From positions 1-14,479 of the forward strand of contig JBAXOY010000081.1 of NCBI GenBank assembly GCA_037133055.1: a DNA stretch of 14,479 bases, in the 5' to 3' direction. Each line of letters opens with the position of its first letter. The first letter of the stretch is position 1. A program made the position numbers and the translations under genes. The notes under the pieces were generated by a model that searched no databases, was not told the origin of the DNA, and saw only the letters and a list, made by a program, of their open reading frames with translations. This DNA is from Chlamydiota bacterium. GTDB lineage: Bacteria > Auribacterota > Tritonobacteria > UBA1439. This document shows, piece by piece, positions 1 through 7,064 of the stretch.

Positions 1-54
1 TGCAGTTCAGAGCAAAAAGAGGCTCTGCAAGCGATTACTCGGACAGGCTCCTAG
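1..54 (+). mobile_element. Probable right end of an insertion sequence (IS1182/IS5-like) inserted at CTAG in the 5' part of the group II intron; partial, continues upstream of the window
   Basis: Intron similarity begins abruptly at CTAG 51-54 and the expected GUGYG 5' end is absent. GATTACTCGGACAGGCTC-CTAG (33-54) resembles IS terminal repeats that abut CTAG targets (recalled, not searched). Frame 1 is open from base 1 to TAG 52-54 (...QAITRTGS*). Confidence 0.45.
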
Positions 55-214
55 GAGGTGAAAGTCCTCTACAGGCCCGACAGTGGGAATTGTGAGCCGG
101 ACGGCAAGGGTGTCCACCGCGAGGTGGAATCCGAAGGAAGCCGCAGGCAAAGCGCTGGCCTGACGAACAGAAACCGCATATGAGGCGGTCATGCCGGACA
201 AGAAGTCCAATATC

Positions 215-439
215 TGTGACCGCCGGCATGGAAGTTCCTGATTCCGCCGGTTTACGGGTGCCCAAAATTCTCGGCATGGCTCTTGCTGTCACAGGCCTTA
301 TTGGGCACCAAAACACGGTGCAATAAGCCCAGGCAGGTCTATTCACACCAATCTTGCATGCCAAATGGCTCGAAGAACATGAAGAATAGAGTAATTTTTA
401 AAACGGCTGAAGAAGATAACTTTCAAAATGGCGTTGACA
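215..439 (+). mobile_element. Non-autonomous IS21-family-like miniature element (MITE), 225 bp
   Basis: Imperfect terminal inverted repeats: left TGTGACCGCCGGCATGGAAGTT, right (reverse complement) TGTCAACGCCATTTTGAAAGTT. ATATC is duplicated at 210-214 and 440-444. Each end has two subterminal repeats (222-238/246-262; 392-407/417-432), as in IS21-family ends. Removing it restores contiguous intron domain I. No transposase ORF. Confidence 0.85.
272..287 (+). promoter_or_regulatory. sigma54 -24/-12-like motif inside MITE copy 1
   Basis: CGGCATGGCTCTTGCT: GG at 273-274, 10 nt, GC at 285-286. Confidence 0.45.
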
Positions 440-674
440 ATATCTTCAAAGTCCCGTACCTGTACGGAAGGCATGAACGTAGATGCGGCAGGCATAAGCG
501 CGAAAGCGGATGTGCATTACCCGGGGAGATCTGTTCCTCTGCCCGCATTGAGTGGGGCTACCGTCATTGAGAGGTGATGGGATGGAGGGGCAGAAGTCAG
601 CAGAGGGCATAGTAGGTCTGTCGACCGGACCGAAGGCCTGAACATGAAGGAAAGGGTAGAAGCCTCGATTTTCG

Positions 675-883
675 ATGACGCAAAGAGACACAGAAGGCCG
701 CGTTGAGACGCGCGGCGCCACCCTCCGTGGTAGCGGACGGAATCCGCAAGCGCGTGGGGGAGGTGTGTCATACGTCACGGCAAGGAGAGGGCAGCGATAT
801 CCTAAAGAGTTGTGACTGATGAAACAGCGGTCGAAGACAGTCGCATATTGATTCAGCCACGATTTCCTATTCCTCCTTCATGA
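675..883 (+). pseudogene. Remnant of the intron-encoded reverse transcriptase in domain IV
   Basis: ATG 675 opens 46 codons (MTQRDTEG...GSGRNPQ...) to TGA 813-815, followed in frame by LMKQ, resembling the LME start of IIC RT proteins. Domain V follows about 70 nt after that stop. No YADD or other RT motif remains. Confidence 0.55.
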
Positions 884-1054
884 ACCGCCGTGGTACGGAA
901 CCATATGCCCGGTGGTGTGGGAGGACGGCGGGGGTGACCCCGCCTTCTACCCAATTATGCGGACAGGGCGAGACGGGCAGGCTTGTCGTGAACGCAGATG
1001 AGGGAGGTTTTATAAGTAGAATCGACTCGTTTTCTGAGACGGGAGTCCAAAAGG

Positions 1055-1260
1055 TATGACAACCGGCGTGAAAGCTCCTGATTGTCACCGTTTTGCGGGT
1101 GTACCTAGACTTGGCACGAGGCTTGCTATGAATGGCCCTGCAATCGCATTCTACACGTTTTCCTGAACTCATTACAGTTGCGGCCGAAGGCTGCGCCGTG
1201 GTCTCTGTGTCAACATTGGGGTTATTCAAGATAAATAGGAGCTTTTCTATGATAGACATA
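1055..1260 (+). mobile_element. Second, degenerate copy of the IS21-like miniature element
   Basis: 1055-1083 matches 215-243 at 23/29 nt, and the next block matches 13/17 after one gap. AAAGCTCCT (1071-1079) is inverted at 1237-1245. Ends read TATGAC...GACATA. The right boundary (1258-1262) and the target duplication are unclear. Confidence 0.6.
1112..1127 (+). promoter_or_regulatory. sigma54 (RpoN) -24/-12 promoter motif facing priA
   Basis: TGGCACGAGGCTTGCT fits the TGGCACG-N4-TTGC(A/T) consensus; GG at 1113-1114, GC at 1125-1126. Confidence 0.65.
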
Positions 1261-1283
1261 TAGAAGGCAGGATTGGAAACGGA

Positions 1284-3503
1284 ATGATGTCCAAATTCGC
1301 GACGGTTGTGCTGGAGATCCCGGTCGACAGGCAGTTCGACTACCTGATCCCTCACGAGCTCGAGGGAACAGTGGTCCCGGGGGTCCGGGTCTACGTCCCG
1401 TTCCGCTCGCGGAGGATGAGCGCCTATGTCGTCTCTGTGCCGGAGGGGAAACCGCACCCGGGCGCGAAGCCGATTCTATCGGTCCGCGACGCGAAGCCGG
1501 TGATCGGCGAGCCCGTGATGCGCCTCGCGGAGTGGATGGCGTCCTACTACTGCTGCGCCGTTCCCGCCGCGATCCGCTGCATCCTCCCCTCGGGCGTGCG
1601 CGCGGGGCGCGGGGCGAAGATACCTCTTTTCGTCGCTCCCGACCGCGCCCGCATCGGGAAAGAAGGCGGCGTTGACGCCCTCCGCCCCCGCGCCCCGAAG
1701 CAGGCGCTCATCCTGAAGGACCTCCTCGCCGGCGAAGAGCCGGCGGCGATGCAGGCGCTGCTGCGCCGCACCGGGGCGACGCAGGCGGCGGTGCGCGCCC
1801 TCGAGAAGAAGGGGCTCGTGAAAATCGCGCGGCAGCGGGTGTACCGCGACCCGTGGGGCGACGAGACGGTCATCCCCTCCGGCCACCTTGCCCCGACGCC
1901 CGACCAGGCCCGCGCCCTCGCGCACACCGGCAGGGCGCTCGCGGAGCGGCGGTTCTCCGTGATGCTGCTCCACGGGGTCACCGCGAGCGGCAAGACGGAG
2001 GTGTACCTCCAGGCGATCGACGACGCCCTGAAAAGCGGCCGCGGGGCGATCATGCTCGTCCCTGAGATCGCCCTTACCCCTCAGACCGTCGAGGGGTTCA
2101 AGGCGCGGTTCGCGCGCAATGTCGCGGTGCTCCACAGCCGCCTCTCCGACGGGGAGCGGCTCGACGAGTGGGAGAAGGTGCGGGACGGGAAGGCCCGGGT
2201 GGTGGTCGGGGCCCGGTCGGCGATCTTCGCCCCCGTTGCCGACCTCGGGCTCATCGTTGTGGACGAGGAGCACGAGCGCACCTACAAGCAGGAGGATGCG
2301 CCCCGCTACCACGCCCGCGACGTCGCGGTGATGCGGGGGAAGATCGAGGGCGCCGTCGTCATCCTCGGTTCGGCGACGCCCTCCGTGGAGTCCTACCGCA
2401 ACGCACTCGCGGGCAGGTACCGCCTGTTCCGGCTCCCGCGCAGGATCGGGAACCGGCCCCTCGCCGCGGTCACGATCGTGGACATGCGGGAGGAGATCCG
2501 GCGGGCGGGGAGGATGACCTTCTTTTCCCGCCGCCTCCTCACGGCGATGGAGGACCGCCTCGAAAAGGGCCAGCAGGTCATCCTCTTCCTGAACCGCCGG
2601 GGATTTTCGCCGATCCTCTCCTGCCGCCGGTGCGGCTTCGTCCAGAAATGCCCCAACTGCAGCATCTCCCTCACCACGCACCGGGAGGGGGAGACGATGC
2701 TCTGCCACCTCTGCGGCTTCCAGGGGAAGCCCCCGTCCCGCTGCCCGAAGTGCGGCTCGCCCGGCATCCGCTTCCCCGGCCTGGGGACGCAGAAGCTCGA
2801 GCTGATGGTGAAGAAGCTCTTCCCCGACCGGACGGTGGGCCGCATGGATGCGGACTCGATGGCGGGCAAGGACGCCCACGCGGAGACGCTCGGGGCGTTC
2901 AAACGGGGGGAAATCCAGATCCTTCTCGGAACTCAGATGATCGCCAAGGGGCTGCACTTTCCGAACGTGACGCTCGTCGGGGTCATCTGCGCCGATACGG
3001 CGCTCAATCTCCCTGATTTCCGGTCGTCGGAGGTCACCTTCCAGCTCATCACGCAGGTCGCGGGGAGGTCCGGGAGGGGGGATGTCCCCGGCGAGGTGAT
3101 CGTCCAGACCTACGCGCCCACGCACCCCGCCATCCTCGCGGCCCGAAGCCAGGACTACGAGATGTTCTATCGTAAGGAGATCGTCTTCCGGGAGGAGCTC
3201 GGATACCCCCCGGTGAACCGTTTCGTCGCCGTGACCCTGCGGGGGAGGGGGGAAGATGCGGTCCGGTGGTACAGCCGTCAATTCGCGAGGGCGGCGGCCG
3301 CGGCCGCCCCCGCCGGGATCAAGGTCCTCGGGCCCGCCCCCGCCCCGATCACGCGCGCCAAGGGTTACTACCGCTGGCAGGTCATCCTGAGGGGTGAGAG
3401 CGTCCCGCGGATGAACGATGTGCTCAAGAGCGTCGCGGGTGGCCTCAAACCCCCGAAAGGCATCCAGATTGTGGTGGATGCCGATCCCATGGCGATGCTA
3501 TAA
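1284..3503 (+). CDS. priA: Primosomal protein N' (replication restart helicase)
   Basis: N-terminal FDY...G.RV.VPF 3'-binding domain; Walker A HGVTASGKTEVY; LVPEIALTPQ; DEEH; four CxxC zinc pairs; GTQMIAKGLHFP; QVAGRSGR; C-terminal LGPAPAP and DADP. Start at 1284 or 1287. Confidence 0.98.
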   Translation: MMSKFATVVLEIPVDRQFDYLIPHELEGTVVPGVRVYVPFRSRRMSAYVVSVPEGKPHPGAKPILSVRDAKPVIGEPVMRLAEWMASYYCCAVPAAIRCILPSGVRAGRGAKIPLFVAPDRARIGKEGGVDALRPRAPKQALILKDLLAGEEPAAMQALLRRTGATQAAVRALEKKGLVKIARQRVYRDPWGDETVIPSGHLAPTPDQARALAHTGRALAERRFSVMLLHGVTASGKTEVYLQAIDDALKSGRGAIMLVPEIALTPQTVEGFKARFARNVAVLHSRLSDGERLDEWEKVRDGKARVVVGARSAIFAPVADLGLIVVDEEHERTYKQEDAPRYHARDVAVMRGKIEGAVVILGSATPSVESYRNALAGRYRLFRLPRRIGNRPLAAVTIVDMREEIRRAGRMTFFSRRLLTAMEDRLEKGQQVILFLNRRGFSPILSCRRCGFVQKCPNCSISLTTHREGETMLCHLCGFQGKPPSRCPKCGSPGIRFPGLGTQKLELMVKKLFPDRTVGRMDADSMAGKDAHAETLGAFKRGEIQILLGTQMIAKGLHFPNVTLVGVICADTALNLPDFRSSEVTFQLITQVAGRSGRGDVPGEVIVQTYAPTHPAILAARSQDYEMFYRKEIVFREELGYPPVNRFVAVTLRGRGEDAVRWYSRQFARAAAAAAPAGIKVLGPAPAPITRAKGYYRWQVILRGESVPRMNDVLKSVAGGLKPPKGIQIVVDADPMAML

Positions 3504-3504
3504 T
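3496..3504 (+). promoter_or_regulatory. Extended -10 promoter element overlapping the priA stop, upstream of sdhC
   Basis: TGCTATAAT (TGn-TATAAT) in otherwise GC-rich sequence; no good -35. Confidence 0.5.
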
Positions 3505-3578
3505 CCGCTTTTATCGTGCCGTGGGCTGTGTCAGGCCGTTCCGGCGAGGTTTCGGGGACGGCGCGGGTGGCCGAGACC

Positions 3579-3932
3579 ATGAGAAGATACCATTACCGGT
3601 GGGGCGAGGGGATCTGGGCGCACGTCTTTCACCGCCTTTCCGGAATCGCCCTGGTGGTGTACCTCTCCATGCATATCTGGGTGGTGCACAACCTCCAGAA
3701 GGGGCCGGGGGTGTACGACCGGCTGATGGAAACGCTCCGCAGTCCCCTGTTCAGGGTGGGGGAGGCGTTCCTCCTCGCGGCGGTGCTCTACCACGGGCTG
3801 AACGGCATGCGCCTGGTCGTGATGGACGCCGGCATCGGCATCCGGGCGCACCGGGCGACGTACTGGGCCGTGTTCGGCGTGTGCGCGGTGCTCGGGATCG
3901 CGGGGGGCATCGTCCTGGTCTTTTATCTGTGA
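3579..3932 (+). CDS. sdhC: Succinate dehydrogenase cytochrome b subunit
   Basis: HRLSG, MHIW and YHGLNGMRL motifs, three hydrophobic helices, first gene of an sdhCDAB cluster. ATG 3579 preferred over GTG 3516. Confidence 0.93.
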   Translation: MRRYHYRWGEGIWAHVFHRLSGIALVVYLSMHIWVVHNLQKGPGVYDRLMETLRSPLFRVGEAFLLAAVLYHGLNGMRLVVMDAGIGIRAHRATYWAVFGVCAVLGIAGGIVLVFYL

Positions 3933-3969
3933 TTGTTCGCTTTTCCGGATACGGCAGTTTAAAGCAGCC

Positions 3970-4046
3970 CGCAGATGAACGCAGATCGTCAGGATAGTCA
4001 GGATATGGGGTATCTGCGAAAATCCTGACAATCTGCGGAATCTGCG
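3970..4046. repeat. Inverted array of 9-nt units forming a long imperfect hairpin between sdhC and sdhD
   Basis: Left arm CGCAGAT x2 and GTCAGGAT x2; right arm ATCTGCG, ATCCTGAC, ATCTGCG, ATCTGCG; 9-nt period. Confidence 0.85.
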
Positions 4047-4097
4047 TCCCGGCGTTGTTGTGTTACATTTGAGTTCCGCTGAGGATCAACGATCGAT

Positions 4098-4439
4098 ATG
4101 GAAAAATCAGGGTCAACCGGGTGGCTGCTCCAGAGGCTGAGCGGGGTGCTCCTCTTCGTGCTCCTCGTGACGCATTTCGTGCTCATGCACTACATGGGGC
4201 CCGAGAAGAGGCTCTACGCCGACGTGGCGCGGAGGTTCGCGAACCCGCTCTGGAAGACGTTCGACCTCGTGTTCCTCACCCTTGCCCTTTCCCACGGCTG
4301 GTACGGGGTGTGGGGCATCGTGCAGGATTATGTCCGGAACGGGACCGCGCGCATCCTGGCCCTCGTCCTGATCGTGACGGCGGGCCTGGCGCTGTTTTCC
4401 ATCGGCATCGTGACGGTCCTGACGTTCCAGGCGGTTTGA
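4098..4439 (+). CDS. sdhD: Succinate dehydrogenase hydrophobic membrane anchor
   Basis: [11 protein letters not shown] and SHGWYG...QDY motifs; three transmembrane helices; operon position. Confidence 0.93.
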   Translation: MEKSGSTGWLLQRLSGVLLFVLLVTHFVLMHYMGPEKRLYADVARRFANPLWKTFDLVFLTLALSHGWYGVWGIVQDYVRNGTARILALVLIVTAGLALFSIGIVTVLTFQAV

Positions 4440-4453
4440 GATCCGGGTATTCC

Positions 4454-6157
4454 ATGCACCATCAGTATGACACGGTAATCGTCGGCGCGGGGCTCGCCGG
4501 GATGCGCGCGGCTATTGAGGCGCAGGCCGCGGGGAGCTGCTGCGTCCTGACAAAGGTTTTTCCCACGCGGTCGCACTCGGGAGCGGCCCAGGGAGGCATC
4601 GCCGCCTCGCTCGGCAACGCCTCCGACGACGGCTGGGACGCCCACATGTTCGACACCGTCAAGGGAAGCGACTACCTCGCGGACCAGGACGCGGTCGAGC
4701 TCCTCGTGAAGGAGGCCCCGCGCGCGATCATCGAGCTCGAGCACATGGGGGTCCCGTTCAGCCGCACCCCCGAGGGGCGCATAGCCCAGCGCGAGTTCGG
4801 CGGGCACTCGAAGCCGCGCGCCTGCTACGCCGCAGACCTCACCGGCCACGTCATCCTCCACTCGCTCTACGAGCAGTGCCTGAAGCACGCGGTGAAGTTC
4901 TACCCGGAGTACCTGGTGCTTTCCCTCGTCATGGCGGGGGACCGGTGCGCGGGGGTCGTCGCCATGGATATTCTCACCGGCGATCTTCACACCTTCGGGG
5001 GGCGGGCGGTCGTGTTCGCCACCGGCGGGTACGGGCGGGCGTTCAAGATCACCTCGAACGCGCACGCGAACACCGGAGACGGCCTGAGCATGGTCTACCG
5101 GGCGGGCCTGCCGATCGAGGACATGGAGTTCGTGCAGTTCCACCCGACGGGGTTCTACCCGAGCGGCATCCTGGTCACCGAGGGGGCGCGGGGCGAGGGG
5201 GCCTACATCCTGAACGCGCAGGGAGAGCGCCTGATGAAGCGCTACGCCCCCGACCGGATGGAGCTCGCGCCGCGGGACGTCACCTCCCGGGCGATCCAGA
5301 CCGAGATCGACGCGGGACGGGGGATCGGCGGCGGCTCCTATGTCCACCTCGATCTGAGGCACCTCGGCGCGGAGAAGATCCGGAAGCGGCTTCCCCAGAT
5401 CCTCGACCTCGCGATGCGCTTCACGGCGGTGGACGCGCTGAAGAGCCCGATACCGATACAGCCGACCGCCCACTACTCCATGGGAGGCATCCCGACCGAC
5501 AACGACGGGCGCGTGCTCGCGGACTCGGCCGGCCGGACGGTGAAAGGCCTCTAAGCCTGCGGCGAGCGCGCGTGCGTGTCGGTGCACGGGGCGAACCGCC
5601 TCGGGTGCAACTCGCTCCTCGAGGCCGTCGTGTTCGGGAATCGGGCGGGGAAAACGGTCTGCAGGGACCTCCCGGCCATCGGGTGGCCCGACGCGCCGTG
5701 CGGCGGCGAGGAGGCGGTGCGGAAGGAACTCGCCGCGCTCTCGGAGCGCGAGGGGAGCGAATCCCCCGCGGGGATCAGGGAGGAGCTCCAGTCGAGCATG
5801 CAGAAGAACTGCGGCATCTTCCGGGCGGAGGCCCCCCTGCGCGAGCAGCTCGGGATCGTGCGCGGGCTCGGGGAGCGCTTCGGCCGCGTCCGCCTGTCGG
5901 ACCGGGGGAAGAGGTTCAACACGGAGCTCGTGGAGCTCCTGGAGCTGCGGAGCCTCCTCGATTTCACCGAGGTGATCGTCGCGGGCGCGCTCGCCCGGAG
6001 GGAGAGCCGCGGCGCGCACTCCCGCACCGACTACCCCGCCCGCGACGACGCGGGGTGGCTCAAGCACTCGTTCGCCCGCCGGGGGCCTGACGGGCCGGTC
6101 TTCGACTACGCGCCGGTGCGGATCACGCGGCACCAGCCGAAGGAGAGGAAGTACTAG
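4454..6157 (+). pseudogene. sdhA: Succinate dehydrogenase/fumarate reductase flavoprotein subunit with one in-frame TAA at 5552-5554 (true nonsense allele or sequence error)
   Basis: GAGLAG FAD motif; [64 protein letters not shown]-terminal ERKY. Both ORF halves share one frame (567 codons, stop at codon 367). Confidence 0.9.
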
Positions 6158-6161
6158 GGGT

Positions 6162-6279
6162 AAATCCCAAACCCCAAATCCCAAAACAGGGGAAGACGGA
6201 TAAGGGCGGCAGGCGGCGGATCTTTTCGTCTGTCGGCTTTGCATTGATCTGAGATTTGAAATCTGAAATTTGGGATTTT
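6162..6279. repeat. Inverted heptamer repeat arrays between sdhA and sdhB
   Basis: AAATCCC-AAACCCC-AAATCCC-AAA (6162-6185) versus GATCTGA-GATTTGA-AATCTGA-AATTTGG-GATTTT (6246-6279). Confidence 0.8.
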
Positions 6280-6292
6280 CCAGGAGGGCAGG

Positions 6293-7009
6293 GTGACCGA
6301 ATCTCTGGGCAGGTACACATTCAGGATTTTCCGCTACGACCCTGATAAGAGCCCGCGGGCGCGCTACGACGCCTTCGAGATCGAGGTGGAGAAGGGGATG
6401 ACGGTGCTCGACTGCCTCCAGTCCATCAAGGGAGGGATGGACGGGACGCTCACCTTCCGCCGCTCATGCCGCAGCGCCATCTGCGGGTCGTGCGCGATGA
6501 ACATCAACGGGAAGAACGACCTCGCCTGCCACATCCAGGTGGCGCGGCTTCCGGGGAGGAGGGTGACCGTCGATCCCCTCCCGGGGTACCCGGTGGTCAG
6601 GGACCTGGTGGTGGACATGGAGGAGTTCTACCGGTCGCTCGAGAGGATCATGCCGTGGCTGGTGAGGAAATCGCCGCTCCCGGACCGGGAGCTCCCCCAG
6701 TCGCCCGAGGAACGCGACCGCATCGACAGCGCGGTCAACTGTATCCTGTGCGGGAGCTGCACCTCCTCCTGCCCGTCGTTCTGGTTCAACCCCGACTACC
6801 TCGCCCCCGGGGCGCTGCTCAAGGCGTTCCGCTTTGTCTTCGACAGCCGGGACGAGGCGACGCGGGAGCGCCTCGGGCTCGTCGACGGCCGGAACGGCGT
6901 CTGGAGGTGCCGGACGATCTTCAACTGCGAGGAGTCGTGCCCGAAACTCCTCAGGCCGAACGAGGCGATCGCCGCGTTGAAGATCGAGTCCCTGAAGGAG
7001 TCGGTCTGA
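6293..7009 (+). CDS. sdhB: Succinate dehydrogenase iron-sulfur subunit
   Basis: SCRSAICGSC...C (2Fe-2S), CILCGSCTSSCP (4Fe-4S), CRTIFNCEESCP (3Fe-4S); AGGAGG upstream of the GTG start. Confidence 0.97.
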   Translation: MTESLGRYTFRIFRYDPDKSPRARYDAFEIEVEKGMTVLDCLQSIKGGMDGTLTFRRSCRSAICGSCAMNINGKNDLACHIQVARLPGRRVTVDPLPGYPVVRDLVVDMEEFYRSLERIMPWLVRKSPLPDRELPQSPEERDRIDSAVNCILCGSCTSSCPSFWFNPDYLAPGALLKAFRFVFDSRDEATRERLGLVDGRNGVWRCRTIFNCEESCPKLLRPNEAIAALKIESLKESV

Positions 7010-7064
7010 TGCCGCGCGTGACGGCGTTCGGGCGTGACGGCGTCGCGATACCTCCCTGGGAGTC

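Larger units (their letters stand above)
51..955 (+). ncRNA. Group IIC intron ribozyme, ORF-less (RT deleted), interrupted by insertions; 5' end outside the window
   Basis: Domain I landmarks GGTGAAAGTCC (57-67), GCAAGGGTGTCCACCGCGAGGTGGAATCCGAAGGAAGC and CATATGAGGC match the Oceanobacillus-type IIC layout. Further landmarks: TACCCGGGGAGATCTG (518-533); CAGAAGTCAGCAGAGGGCATAGTA (591-614); domain V ACCGCCG...CGGTGGT (884-916) with the IIC CGC triad; domain VI hairpin GGCGGGG-GTGA-CCCCGCC; 3' end ACCCAAT at 955. Confidence 0.9.

Noticed and set aside
434..462. Outward TTGACA at the MITE right end as a hybrid promoter
   Set aside because: The -35 is perfect, but the hexamer 17 bp downstream (TACCTG) is a poor -10.
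7..778. Short ORFs 7-210, 35-364, 283-570, 446-778 and 517-771
   Set aside because: They overlay the intron RNA and the MITE; antisense intron translations are common spurious hypotheticals.
956..965. 3' exon TATGCGG as part of an integron attC core (IIC-attC intron)
   Set aside because: Only a few bases match; the 5' exon is outside the window and no cassette ORF or integrase is visible.
867..1457. 196-aa minus-strand ORF
   Set aside because: It spans antisense priA, the second MITE and intron domains V-VI, so it is a chance read-through with no motif.
4121..4453. N-terminal extension of the 477-aa sdhA ORF
   Set aside because: It overlaps sdhD in another frame; homology starts at ATG 4454 just before the FAD motif.
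5552..5554. Stop-codon reassignment or selenocysteine/pyrrolysine in sdhA
   Set aside because: The codon is TAA, not TGA or TAG, and TAA terminates other genes in the window.
3970..6279. Repeat arrays as CRISPR
   Set aside because: Units are 7-9 nt and inverted, with no unique spacers and no cas genes.
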